Source of the DNA: the human T2T-CHM13v2.0 reference genome, Homo sapiens
Reading direction: 5' to 3' (one strand)
Assembly (NCBI RefSeq): GCF_009914755.1
Contig: NC_060926.1
DNA length: 64,000 nucleotides
The translations under genes were made by a program, and so were the position numbers. Below are positions 27,040-41,097 of this stretch, piece by piece. Under the pieces are notes generated by a model. It was not told the DNA's origin. It did no database searches and saw nothing but the letters and a program-made list of their open reading frames with translations. The first letter of the stretch is position 1, and the number at the start of each line of letters is the position of its first letter.

Positions 27040-27810
27040 ATACATGAGGCCATACTGATGTAAAGAAATGACTTCATAAATAAATACATAAAATAAAAGT
27101 GTCAAGTCATGCTTACAAGGAAGATTCCAAACAACAGCGTAGGTAGATTCTGTCCCCTCCAGTACCCAGGAGATGCGATATAATTCCTGTGTTCCTTTCT
27201 TAACATTGACTGGGGCATGCACTTAGTGACTCGTTGTCAAAGAATATAGTAAGAAAGGGGGAGAAAGGGTATTTTTATCGTGGAGAAACTAGGTAAATAC
27301 TACCTTAACCAAACCAATAAGGATTAACATCTCCAGCATGTTATGTGGATATCATGGGCTCCTTGTCATTCTGTGAACTTCCCCTTTGAGATAGTCTCCC
27401 ATAACCTATAATTCCAGTCTAATCATAAGAAAAACGACAGACAAACATAAATTGACAGTCTACAAAGTATCTAACCAGTATTCCTCAATCTGTCAAGGTC
27501 CCGAAACCACTGAAGGCCAGCCAAGTCTAAGTAAACATGATAAGAAAGTGCCAGGTGGTATCCAGGATGGAGTCCCAGGATGGGCCAAGGGGTGGGGTGG
27601 GGAGCATTCATGGAAAAATTAGTGAAATATGAGGAACACCTGAAGTTTAAAGTAATGGGTCAGTGTTGATTCTTAGTTTTGATAAATGTGTCATGGTAAT
27701 GTAAAATGTTAACATTAGGAAAAATCAGAAGGTGGTATACTAGAAATCACTGTACTATTTTTACATCTTTTCTGTAAATCTAAAGTAATCATACAATTTA
27801 AAAGTTTATT
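27040..27810 (+). mobile_element. L1MC-like 3' UTR fragment
   Basis: 'tgcacttagtgactc..gtggagaaactaggtaaatactaccttaaccaa..gatgtaa/gttaacattagga..ctgtactatttttacatcttttctgtaaatctaaa'. Confidence 0.8.
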
Positions 27811-28207
27811 AGAGAAGAAGAATAAGAATTGGACTTGTAACTAAGGGGTGTGTTGCCCAGTAAGTGACAGAAAAAAAAATCAATTTGTTTATTCTTCTTT
27901 TTCTTACCCATACTGAGAATAAGGGCTCTCAGGCACTGAAGGCTGCACATCTTATGATTGCATCTGCATGAAGGTCAATAATAAGCAGAGCTAAAGTGCA
28001 GTGCTGGAAGCCAGGAGGGCAGGCACCCTTAAAGGGCATGACAGTGACAGGGGTGGGGGCACGAGGAGGAGAATGCTAAGGTTATAGACATGCCCTGTTT
28101 CTTGCTCTGGATTCTGGTTACATAGATGTGGTCACCTCGTCGAAATTCATCTTACTGGAAAATTAATATTTCTTCACTTTTCCATTTTTGTGTTATACTT
28201 AAATTTA

Positions 28208-28530
<323 letters not shown>

Positions 28531-30369
28531 ATTAAAAAGTTTATATTAAAGAATAAATGTCAGAGATAAATGGAGAGTACAGGGTTGCAGTTCATTTGAG
28601 GATTGCATTATCTCTCTTTCCTAAAGTTCAATTTGTGTCTCAACTGACTGCATCAAAACTAACCCCAACGTCTTTTCAAGGTCATCTATAACACACACAA
28701 TGCATGCTGCTCTTCAAGTCCTAAGAGAAAACAGAATTAGTAGGGCTGCCTTCTCATTCACAGGATCATACCTTAACTATTCAGAAATTGACAGTTCATT
28801 GTGATCACCACCAGGTGTACAGTATTTAGACTAAACAGACAGTAAAGATACAATTCCAAAAGCTTCATGATAATTCCATTTTCATGAATCCATGTATGTT
28901 TTCTTTCAAGTTTCAATTGTGTTTAAATTTTAGGCTGGGAAAAAATAGAGAAAAGACATTTGCCTTTTTCTGAGCAATTTAATTATGGAAAGGGGGTACT
29001 CATTTTTTAGCACAATCTGGTTTTATCTGAGGTTCGTCTGTGATCAGTGGCAAGCAACTAGATTTTGTTTTTACACAGGGAAAAATATGGAAGCAGTTTT
29101 TGACTCAAAGGCCCTACTCACTTTGAGTTGGATGTCCCCTGAGAAATACCTAAGAAGTAGCTTTAAAATAAATTGGAAAGCGAAGTAGGAAAAAGGTAGG
29201 GGAAGGAAGAGGAGTGAATGAAGAGTCAGCAAATGAGCAGGTTTCCATTTGAAATTTAAATTGGCAGCTGGCACTATTTGAATCATTCTTCATTTAATAT
29301 AATTTGAATGGGGTAGATGATAATCTTGCATTTTGAGAAGGCAAAGCAAAACCTTGAATATGAGGAATGTACAAACCTCTGTTATTTTGCACAGCTCAGT
29401 TTAACACACTTCCCTTCACTATGCTTAGAAGAAAATGAGGTGTAGGTACTTTAGTTGTTTATTTCTTGTCAGCACAATGCATAAATGATGTAAGCGCAAG
29501 ATTCGAACCACATGGTATGTGGCTATACACGATTAAATGGAATTATTGAAACAAGGGGCAAAAAGAAAACCTTGAACTTGTGATTGAGTGAAAGGGAAAC
29601 ATCCATAATGTTGAAATTAAGGTGGGATTAAAAGATAGTCATTAATAACAAAGTTATCATGCTAGTAGAGGTTGATCAGTTAGGAACGATATGAGGAAAA
29701 GAAAACTTAATTAACTACAGAAATATGTAAATTACTTTTTATACATTCCAGATAATGTGTTTTATTTTTCTAGAACACTGATTTTGTATACTTATTTTAA
29801 TCAGCATTCTGAATACAAACATCTCAAAAATACAAACACTTCACATACGAGGAATGCTAAAATTAGACTAGAAAACAGCCACAGAACAAAGAGAATAGCA
29901 CAAAAGAGTCTTACAAGGAAGACATTCTGACAGACCCATGAAAATACACACAGTGTCCTAGACTGGATGTATTATATCATCTCACATATTAGAGAAGGGG
30001 ACTGATTGTTATTGTTCTTCTAGAGAGAATGTGCATTTTGCCAGCCTGATCAGATTTTATCCTCATGATGTTTAGAGGTACATGTTGCTTCTCCGGTTTT
30101 ATACATGAAATAATTGAAGCTTGAAAAAGTAACTTTAGGCTCAGGTAGTTATAGAAACCATCAGAATTTGAACCCAGGTCTTATGTGATCCTGAAGCTAC
30201 TGCCCTTGGTTAACATTTTGCAGACATCTCCATTTTCCTCAGTGACAACCAAGGAAATCATATGTATTAGAAAAATCTCAGGGAAATTTTAGATATATTT
30301 AGAAGCATGAGGAAAAAAATGGGAATTAAAAAAAAAAAATCACATCTTTACGAAAGGTACAGAAGAATG

Positions 30370-30767
<398 letters not shown>

Positions 30768-30829
30768 CTACAGGCAGTGACATCCGGACCCCAACTCCCC
30801 TTCAAGAGCACCTCTGGGGTGTAAAGGGG

Positions 30830-31047
30830 AAAACAGACTTGGGAATTAACCTACTTGGGGTTTGGAGTCTGGCTCTATAAAACTATTTGTGTGACTGCCT
30901 GCAACCTCTTTGTGTTTCTGTTTGTTAATTTATGAAGTAGGAAGGATAACGTCTGCATCATTGAAGTTTATTGTGAATATTAAGTTAGATGATACAAATA
31001 AAGAACTGAATATACCTAGAATCCATTAAGCTCTCGGATGTTAGTTC
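30830..31047 (+). mobile_element. MIR
   Basis: 'agacttgggaatt..tctggctct..tgtgtgac..ttattgtgaatattaagttagatgata..tgttagtt'. Confidence 0.65.
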
Positions 31048-32370
31048 CTTCCTCATTTCATAATATTTCTCTTCAGTAGAATACAGAAAAGGGCCCACAA
31101 GGGATGGATGTTATTTGCTCTGCCTATGATAAGAAAGAATTTTAGAGTCTTGCCAATTATTCGGCCTCATGTGGATCAAGCACATAGATATTAGGTCTAT
31201 TCTTTTCCTTTTTTTTCTGTCCAGATGCTTGGATTCATGTACATGAAACTGCTTGTTGCATAAGGACCAAAGACTGAAATATTAATAATGGAATTGCATT
31301 TTCATGTGGACTCAACTTATCAGTTCCCAAATTTCTACCTTGCTGTGCGAACAGAGAACATGTGGAAACGTCTCTAGGTGTCTGCAGTTCACTCAGTTTC
31401 TCTAATTCTAATTATTAATATGGCATTAGACATAGAAGAGTTAAGAAGCTCAAGAATCAGTCTAGGATTACTTGCTTGTCATTTAATGTGTCAGCCTGGT
31501 AAAGACAAATATTTTATGTAAATTCAACAAGAAGTAAAAGAATATAAATTATCTAGTGGCCAATAGCTTAAATACATAACCTGGGAATATAATCAGCCAT
31601 GAGATTCAGGAAGGGTGTTTCACAGTTGTGCATAATTTATAATGAGAGGGCAGGTATAAATATAGGTAATAAGGGATGAAGGTATTTATACTTTTAAAAT
31701 ATTTAAATGTAGTTTGATTACATCCCCAAATAACTTTTTCTGCCCTGTCATCTGGTGTAACTAAATATAGCCTGGCATTCTGGTAGATCGGAGATGTATC
31801 TTCTCTGTGGATAATTAGCCTCTTGTATTAAAAATAAAACCTATAAATATCACTTCATTAGTAGGATTCTATCCTCTTCCCTGCTCTCTTTATGATCTGG
31901 AATAACCCACAGAACATTTAGAAGTCTAATGGCCAGAACGAAATAACCGAGGTTGGTTTTCGGGGCTGTTGAGTGTTGTGGGTCAATAATGAAAACGGAC
32001 TGCTCCTAGGTTTTAGATCAACGAGCTCTCAAGGGAAATAAATGAAATGAAGAGACCATGGGAGTCAGGAATTTGCTAGTTGCCTCATTTCCACTTTTTG
32101 TATGTTCTTCTTAGTTTTCCTTGTACATTAAATCATTATGCTCTCACCAAGGAGAGAATGATAAGTACCTGATTCATAAGATCTTCTTTTCTAAGTAAGT
32201 TCCTAATTTTTTCAAGGGTAAATAATAATAATTCAATTCTTCAGTTCTTCTAAGCGTCATCTATCATGAGTTCAAATATGGTCACATTAACATAAATGTT
32301 CAAACTATGATAGCTCTTAACCATTGAGGAACTTAACTTTTCCCCTGGATTTTTTTCAGGAGTCACTGAA

Positions 32371-34656
32371 TGAAATGAGTTGGCTGTGTCCCCACCCAAA
32401 TCTCAACTTGAATTTTATCTCCCAGAATTCCTACGTGTTGTACGAGGGACTCACGGGGAGGTACTTGAATCATGGTGGCCGGTCTTTCCCATGCTATTCT
32501 CATGATAGTGAATAAGTCTCAGAGATCCGATGGATTTATCAGGGGTTTCCACCTTTGCTTCTTCCTTATTTTCTCTTGTCACCACCATGTAAGAAGTGCC
32601 TTTCACCTACCACCATGATTCTGAGACCTCCCCAGCCATGTGGAATTGTAAGTTCAGTTAAAGTTAGTCCTCTATTTCTTCCCCATCTTGGGTATGTCTT
32701 TATCAGCAGCATGAATACAGACTAATACAGTAAACTGGTAACAGTAGAGTGGGGCATTGCTTAAAAGATACCCAAAAATGTGGAAGCAACTTTGGAACTT
32801 GGGTAAGAGGTAGAGGTTGGACCAGATTGGAGAGCTCAGAAGAAGAGAGAAAAATGTGGGAAATTTTGGAACTTCCTAGAGACTTGTTGAATGGCTTTGC
32901 CCAAAATGCTGATAGTGATATGGACAATAAGGTCCAGGCTAAGGTGGTCTCAGATGGAGATGAGGAATTTGCTGGGAACTGGAGCAAAAGTGACTCTTGT
33001 TATGTTTTAGCAAAGAGACTGGTGGTATTTTGCCCCTGCCCTAGAGATTCATGGAATTTTGAACTTGAGAAAGATGATTTAGGGCATCTGGCTGAAGAAA
33101 TTTCTAAGCAGCAAACCATTCAAGAGGTGACTTGGGTACTGTTAAAGGCATTCAGTTTATAAGGGAAGCACAGCATAAAAGTTTGGAAATTTTGCAGCCT
33201 GATTATGTGGATAGAAAAGAAAAACTCATTTTCTGGGGAGAAATTCAAGCTGGTTGCAGTAATTTGCATAAGTAGCAAGGAGCCTAATGTTAATCCCCAA
33301 GACCATGGGGAAAATGTCTCCAGGCCATGTCAGAGATCTTCACAGCAGCCCTTCCCATCACAGGCCCGGAGGCCCTGGAGGAAAAAGTGGTCTTATGGGC
33401 CAGGTCCAGGGTCCCCGCGCTCTGTGCAGCCTAGGGACTTGTTGCTCTGTGTCCCACCTGCTCCAGCCATTGCTGAAAGGGGCCAATGTACAGCTTGGGC
33501 TGTAGGGGCTGTGGCTTCAGAGGGTGGAAGCCCCAAGCCTTGGCAGCTTCCATGTGGTGTTGAGGCTGTGGGGGCACAGAAGTCAAGAATTGAGGTTTGG
33601 GAACCTCTGCTTAGATTTCAGAAGATGTATGGAAATGCCTGGATGCCCAGATAAAAGTTTATTGGAGGGGTAGGGCCCTTAAGGAGAACCTCTGCTAGGG
33701 CAGTGCAGAAGGGAAATGTGGGGTTGGAGACCCCACACAGAGTCCCTACTGGGTCACTGCCTGGTGGAGCTGTGAGAAGAAAGAGGGCCACCATCCTCCC
33801 AGAATGGTAGATCCACCAACAGCTTGCACTGTGCACCTGAAAAGCCACAGACACTCAATGCCAGCCTGGGAAAGCAGCCAGGAGGCAGGCAAAGCCACAG
33901 GGGTGGAGCTTTCCAAGACCATGGGAACCCACCTCTTGCATCAGCGTGACCTGGATGTGAGACCTGGAGTCAAATGAGATCATTTTGGAGCTTTAAAATT
34001 TGACTGCCCTGCTGGATTTCAGACTTGCACGGGCCCTGTAACCCCTTTATTTTGGAGAATTTCTCCCATGGAAACAGCTACATTTACCCAATACACATAC
34101 CCCATCGTAACTAGGAATTAACAAGCTTGCTTTTGATTTTATAGGCTCATAGGCAGAAGGGACTTGCCTTGTCTCAGATGAAACTTTGCACTCTGGACTT
34201 TTGGGTTAATGCTGAAATGAGTTAAGACTTTGCAGGACTGTTGGGAAGGCATGATTGGTTTTGAAATGTGGGGACATGAGATTTGGAGGGGCCAGGGCGG
34301 AATGATATAGTTTGGCTGCGTCCCCACCCAAATCTCAACTTGAATTGTATCTCCCAGAATTCCCACATGTTGTGGGAGGGACCCAGGGGCAGGTAATTGA
34401 ATCATGGGGGCTGATCTTTCCCGTGCTATTCTCATAATAGTGAATAAGTCTAACGAGATCTGATGGGTTTATCAGGGGTTTCCACTTTGGCTTCTTCATT
34501 ATTTTCTCTTGCCGCCATGAAGTAAGAAGTGCCTTTCACCTCCCGCCATGATTCTGAGGCCTCTGCAGCCATGTGGACCTGTAAGTCCAATTAAACCTCA
34601 TTTTCTTCCCAGTCTCAGATATGTCTTTATTGGCAGCATTAAAACAGACTGATACA
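32371..34656 (+). mobile_element. Full-length THE1A MaLR retrotransposon (5' LTR 32371-32729, internal 32730-34302, 3' LTR 34303-34656)
   Basis: Two homologous LTRs 'ggctg(t/c)gtccccacccaaatctcaacttgaatt..acagact(a/g)ataca' flank the THE1-int sequence 'gtaaactggta..aaagatacccaaaaatgtggaagcaactttggaac..'. Confidence 0.96.
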
Positions 34657-34959
34657 CAAAGAATGTACATTTAGTAGTTGCCCTTCATGAAAACTCAAGA
34701 GCATTGCTTCTCAAGTGCTAGGCATTCTACTACCTTCTCCTTTGGACACACGAGTGCTCTTCAGGAAGCCGCTCTTGTGCTGAAAGGTCCCAGAGCAGTA
34801 CTGTGAACTTTGGGGCAATGGAGGAGGTTTGGGCAACTTCTCCTCTTAACTAAGTTGTTCTTGGTTACCTGTCCCCTGCAGCAGATGCTTGGCCCAGACA
34901 CATAGAAAACCTAATATAAACAAACACTTTCAGTACTTAACGCTAGCCCTTCTCTCATA

Positions 34960-35350
34960 TATCAACTAGGTCTGGCTAAGTTATGCTACCCACAAATCTC
35001 AGTGGCTTAAAACCAAAAAAACTTTGTTTTGTTTTGTTTTGTTTTTTCTCCCACAAAGTGCCTCTCAGGGCTTAACAAAGGAGCTCTGCTTGTGGGAGAC
35101 ACTCAGAGACCAAAGTGAGTGGATTAGCTCTCACCTCAAATTCTGCTGCTTCCTATGCCAGAGAGAAAGGAAACTATTTCAAGGACAATTAAATGCTTGA
35201 CCTGAAAGTGACACATTGCACTTTCACTTACAACTTATTGGCCATAATTATCATATGACCCCACTTAGGGGCAGGGAAGGTCCAGGAAGTACAATTCTAT
35301 CATGTACCCTCATGGAGGGGAAACTGGAGACTTTTGGTGGACACAACAAT
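34960..35350 (-). mobile_element. MLT1 (K/L-like) LTR
   Basis: 'ctaagttatgct..caaatctcagtggcttaaaac..cctgaaagtgacaca..tcacttacaacttattggcca..catatgacccc..ggaagtacaattctatcatgtacc'. Confidence 0.75.
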
Positions 35351-35629
35351 CTCTTTGTGAAAGGGCTCAAAACCTGGCTGAGTGAGAACCATTAAAAGCC
35401 TATCTTTTTTATTCTCCATGATTTCCAATCCCCTCCCACCTATGCCCAGGCACTTCTATGCAGACCATTCCTCAGGAAATAAACAAAATTATCCATCTCA
35501 GGGAATTAATTGATGCAAACAGATACCTTCAGAGTTTCTTTACTTTTCAAATTCACTAGCAATCTAATTTGGACTCAGCTAAGATACCTTACAATAACAT
35601 ATTTTTATTTTTGAATGATGTCGACATTA

Positions 35630-35810
35630 CAAGCTATTTTACAGGCTGATTTGATTCTCATGAAAATGTTTGCAACTGAAGCTAGCCATGTATTATTTTC
35701 CCCATTTGATATTATAAAGCTACATCTCAGAAAGTTTGAATGGCTTGCTTAACACTACCAAGCTAGTTAATGGTAAAATTTGGTTTACAATTTTAGAATC
35801 CAAGCCTAAC
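35630..35810 (-). mobile_element. MIR
   Basis: 'ttgattctca..tattattttccccattt..aagtttgaatggcttgc..agctagttaatggta'. Confidence 0.65.
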
Positions 35811-36659
35811 TATTCTTTTCTTACTAAACCATTTTGATTTATTCTCAGAAAAAGGAATAAATTGAACTATACCTCAGAAGATACAGGGAAGTTTGCTTAT
35901 TTCTTTTCATTATATTGCTTTTTTGTCGTAATACCTGGGAATGATATGTGTCAATGTGAGTCAAAGAACTTGTTCTTAGATCGTTATGAGTTATCAGGAA
36001 AATATTAACTTGTCTTAATAATCTGAGCAAGTTATCACCAGACTTTTAATTTTACCTATTTCCTAACCCCAAAAGCACATATCAGAAAAATTTGGCATAT
36101 TACAATAAAACCATATGCTAGTTGGTAATATTGAAATGAATAATAATGTCAGACAATAGTGTCACAATCCAACCATTTGCTTGAGTCAAAAACTTATAAT
36201 CTTCCTTGATTCTCCATTTTTTTTGTTGTTTATTGAACTCTCCAGCCCTATCTAACCCAACAGGAAATCCCATTCTCTCTTCTTCCAAAATATTTTAAAA
36301 CCAATCTCCTCTCACCGTCTGCACAGCTAGTACAAGCCGACAGCATCCTTCCCATTGAGTACAGAATCAGTCGTGAAACTAATTTCCCTACTTCCTCAGA
36401 TTCTTGTTGGAGTCATTTTTTACCCAGCAGACAGAATGATCTTTTCTTAAACATTTTTTAAGTTACGTAACATAATGCACATATGAGAAAGTGCATAAAA
36501 CATAAATACACTGCTTAACTAATTGTTGTAAGGTGAACACTCTAGTAGCTATTATCAATGGGCTCAATAAATAGAACATTATCTTTACCTAGAAGCAGGA
36601 GGGACAGGTATTTCTGATCAAAATCATTTTTTCTTTTGTACATGTAACTGTGTTGATAT

Positions 36660-36911
36660 TTTATTGATACATAATAGTTGTATGTATTTGGGGGGTACGT
36701 CTTACATTTTCATAACAGTATGCAATGTGTAATGATCAAGTCAGGGTAATTGGGATATCCATCACCTCAAACATTTATTTTGTCCTTTTGTTGGGAACAT
36801 TACAATTCTTCTCTTCCAGCTATTTTGAAATATACAATAAATATTTTTTAACTATAATTTCCCTGCTGTGCTATTGAATACTAGAACTTACTTCTATGTA
36901 ACTGTATTTTT
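36660..36911 (-). mobile_element. L1MA (L1MA4/5-like) 3' end
   Basis: 'ttattgatacataatagttgta..aatgtgtaatgatcaagtcagggtaattgggatatccatcacctcaaacattt..agctattttgaaatatacaataaat'. Confidence 0.85.
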
Positions 36912-37094
36912 GTTATGGTAATAACTTCCTTATTTGGTTTATATGTACTCACAAATAATATAAATTTTCTAACTTCTTTTAGAATTTTCTATTAAAAAAT
37001 TATATCATTGTTTATTATTTTTGTATCTAACTTATTTTATGATATACGTATCTATGTTGCTGTGTGTTTCTGCACATAGTTTTGTTGATATAGT

Positions 37095-37615
37095 TGTTCC
37101 AGTTCTCTGTTGCTATGTAACAAACCACTCCTAACTGGCACAGAAAGAACTGTTTTATTATGTTCATAGATTCTGTGGGTTGGGAATTCAAACAAAGTAT
37201 AGCTTGGAGATTTGTCTCTGCTTCATAAAGCCTGGGGTATCACCTGAAGAGGCTCAGATGTCTGGGGACTAGAATTACCTGGAGTCTTCCTCATTTACAT
37301 GTCCAGCAGCTGGGCTAAGGTGACGAAGCAAACACTACAAATCAGTGTGCCTGCAAGTGTCTATTAACATAACCTGGGCTTCCTTAAAGCGTGGTGGTGT
37401 CAGAGGAGTCAAATTTCTTACAAGTGGCTCAATACTCCAAGAGAAAACGTTTCAGCAGCGCTGGACAGAAACACATACCCTTTTATGAACACACGTCCTT
37501 TTATGAATGAGGACACATGACATCATTTTCACCAAATTTTGATGATTAGACCTGCCACAATCCCAAATGTATTCAAATGGTGGATCCATGGATCCAGCAT
37601 ATTTTAAACAACAAA
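37095..37615 (-). mobile_element. MLT1 (F/G-like) LTR with 5-bp TSD
   Basis: 'tctgttgctatgtaacaaaccac..ttattatgttcatagattctgtgggttgggaattc'; atagt at 37090-37094 and 37616-37620. Confidence 0.8.
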
Positions 37616-39139
37616 ATAGTATTCCACTGTGTTAATATACTATAATTTAATTATTCATTCTGTTCTTAATAGATATTTGAGTTGCTTCCATTTTGAACTA
37701 TTATGAACAATACTTCTGTAAACATTCTTTGGTGTGTATTCTGGTATAGGTCAGCATGCATTTCTGAAAGAAATATACATAGGAATATAATTGCTAAGTT
37801 TTAGAGTATGCAATATTCAGCTTTATGAGATACCATCAAAAGGTTTATCAAAGTGATTATACCAATTTACACTGCCCCCAAACATAAAAGTGGGAACACT
37901 CTTGCCAACACAAACTGAGATTTTCGGAATCTAACTTTTTTTTTTTTTTTTTGCTTAATGTCCCTTGGAAATTCCAATAGCACTTGACATAAAAATGAAA
38001 CCGTTTACCGTGGCCTACAGGGCTTAGATGACCTGGTCTCTGCACTTCTCTGTGGACTTATCTTCACCTTGCCATAAGGCTGCAGCCTCATGAGCCTCCT
38101 TTCTAGCCCTAAAACAAGACAAACTCATTCCCCACCTGGGACCCTTGTACCTGCTCTTTCCTCTCCTGGAAAGCACACATCCCCCAAGTCCAATATCTGT
38201 TCCTCAAGGAGGACTTGTGTGACCACCAATATAAAATGCATTCCACTCCCCACCCCTAGTTTCTCCCTTTAATGCTATTCTGTTTTCATCAGATCACATA
38301 AGCACCACATAAAATTATCTTTTTTATATGCTTGTTTATTTATATTGTGTCTATTACCCCTAGAATTTATAGTGTCTTGAAATGTGTAAAAGACTGCTTT
38401 TTGAATTAATGCATTTTTATAATTAAGTAATTGAGTAAACTTACCTAGCTGTGTGATAATAGGTGTTATGTTTTTTATTCTTCTTATGCATTTATTTATG
38501 TCAAGCACAGTGCTTGGGACTAGTGGATGTTCAGTAATATTAATAATTGAAATAATTTGGCTCACATTAATGTTGAAGTGGAAAGAAATTTTGTGTCCTA
38601 GATTGGCCAAGTTTTAAGATGGGTTGATCACTCTGGGCTCTGAGAGATTAGAAAGAACTATGTTTACTCCTCTGTAAGAAGGCCATTTAGATAACCCACC
38701 TGACTGTCCTCATTATCAATTTTCTCCTTTTTATTTATTTGGTTTCTTTCTATTGTCTGTTCACTCACCCTTTGATGGATAATGCTCAGGCATCTTCTGC
38801 AGGTTAGCCTGACACTAAAATTTAACTCTCATATTTTTGAAGCTTCGATAAAAGTAGTCGATGCTGGAAAACTGTCTCTGACACAGTGAGCAGCTCTTTG
38901 TTTTGCAGTAAGTGGAGTCTTTAAAAAGATTGTGATTTTTATTGTCCCTTTCTTTGTGACAATCGTGTGAAAGGGTCAGTTAATTATGCAAATTTGGAAC
39001 TTCTGAGAGGAAGCCAATTGAGAAGCAGTGAATGAAGCAACCCAATCACCCTGGAGGCAGAGATACCCCGTCCTCTTACTTGGAGGCTGTCTCAGCTCAA
39101 CTGAGTGCAGTGACTCTTTACCTGCATACGGCTTGCGAA

Positions 39140-39255
39140 ACCCACTCAGAGTCTATTCAATGGATCTGCAGCAGGGTCTGAGAATCTGCATTTCTAACAA
39201 ATCCCCAGGTGATGCAGATGCTGGTGGTCTGAGTGCCACACTCAGAGAAACACTG
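39140..39255. mobile_element. MER5A
   Basis: 'ggtctgagaatctgcatttctaacaaatccccaggtgatgcagatgctggtggtctg..ccacactcagagaaacactg'. Confidence 0.85.
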
Positions 39256-40794
39256 CTATAAGACGAGCTGTTCTTTTCCCCCTGAATATCTGAATTTGTC
39301 CTTTTTGAACTTCCCCTTAGACCCCAAAGGCCTATACTCAAAACTCCAATTGTATATCCAGCCCCATCTTCTTTTTGGAGTGGGACTCCCATGTCTCTCA
39401 ATGATCACTAGACATTTCCAACTAAATGAGATTTTGACGGTTCATACTCAATGACCTTGGGAAAGTGCCCTAAAATCCAGCACCATTTCCTCTTCCATAT
39501 TTTGAGAAATAGTGTGCCTTTGTTTCTCAAGTTACCAAGACTTAAATATTTTTCCACCGTTTTACTTCTCGATCTGAACTCTTGGTTTACTTTATTATCA
39601 TAAATATGAAGAGTGATTTCTAGCTAGAGTAATAGCTACTGATGACAGATACATTTATCACTGTGGAAAAAACACCTACGTCAGCTCTTTCTGAATTCTG
39701 ACGCACAGATCAAAGCTTGGTAAGTCTTGGTAGTCTGAACAAGCGCCTTCTGGAGAAGTTTAAATGTAAAACAAAGATTTCCAAGTGCCATCATGGGTTA
39801 ATAATTTTGAATCAGAAATTGTGAGAATGATGCCCAAGAATCAGCATTTTTAATAAATAAGCCTTGGGCCAAATTTGCAAGCCACTGACTTAGATCATCA
39901 TACAATAAGATATTTTAATGCCACTTGGTTAAGTCTGGAATAATTTAATCCTTCTTTTATACTTAAGGGACTAAATCAAAAGGCACATTTTCCAGCAATA
40001 TTAGTACTTCCAACTCTTCTTTTTCCAACAGTGACTTGATGTGTGTGCAGATCAATGTTAGTTTTATGTTACTATATTGGTGTTATTTTCTTTATTCCTT
40101 GCTGATACCCACTTTGGGACTCTGCATGCAAAGTGCCTGGATAATGATGTAACACAGAGAAGGGTCCTCACCTTGGGTTTTCCTCTAAGACTCCTCTGCT
40201 AGCATTCCTCAAGCTTGCCAGAGCAGTTTATGCACATAATTGATCTAATCTTTATTTATCAATGAAACTAGCCCTGCGGTTTTTCCCAGAAGACTCTTTG
40301 GATAACACAGAGGCACAACAGAAAGGGCACCATGTTAAAAATAGAATAAATAATATTTTACAGCCAAAATGATTGTCACCACCTGTTATATCTTTCTCAT
40401 CTCTGGGTCTCTCCTTTAGATGCACTTTTTCCCAGAGATTTCTTCTAAGGCAGAACCAGCAGGGAAGAAAACAATCAAATGCTTTGCAGCCTGGAGTAAA
40501 CTTTCACAGGACAGGAGAAGATGTGAGATTCTCAGCTTCTCCTCCCAATAAAAACAGCAGCAATGGAACAGCATCTCATATTTAGATTTCAACAGACTGG
40601 AGTAGGGACAGGGGACAGAAATTTTGCAAATGATGCAGCTTAGTCAATGAATGGCAACATTTCAGAAAGCTTAAATTCATATGATGAGGGAGGAGATATG
40701 TCTGGGAACGAAAGACTAGGGAAGAGTCTAGGTGTTTATTCAGCATCTTCACTGCCCCATCTCTGCACACAGTTTTTGCTCCATACCTTCTTTG

Positions 40795-41097
40795 CCACCA
40801 ACACTACTGCCCAAGTAGTTGCTTCTACCACATTTACCACCACCATCACCTCCACCATCTCCACTGCCACAACCCCACCATCAGCATCACCCTCTCCACC
40901 ACCATCCGTTCCACCATGACAATAACTTCCAATTCCAACTCCACTCTCATCTGGACTTTCAAACCTGCCACTTCCATCACCATCACCTCACCATTATCAC
41001 CACTCATCCCACCACCCTCACCCCTCATGTCACCATTATCACCCCTCACCCCACCACCATCACCCCTTACTCCACCACCACTACCCACCAACCCCAG
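40795..41097. repeat. Degenerate (CAC/CCA/CAT)n low-complexity tract
   Basis: Runs of caccac/catcac with a ~21-bp sub-period at 40987-41085; gives rise to the His/Pro/Thr/Gly-rich spurious ORFs. Confidence 0.9.

Larger units (their letters stand above)
36160..38555 (+). mobile_element. L2a split by nested L1M, L1MA and MLT1 insertions (L2 parts at about 36160-36450 and 37953-38555)
   Basis: Collinear L2 text before ('cagcagacagaatgatctttt') and after ('gtggcctacagggc..catgacctgg' type; ends 'gcacagtgcttgggactagtggatgttcagtaata'). Confidence 0.7.

Noticed and set aside
32749-33654. 137-aa and 149-aa ORFs
   Set aside because: They lie in THE1A-int and are broken remnants of the MaLR internal ORF, not a host gene
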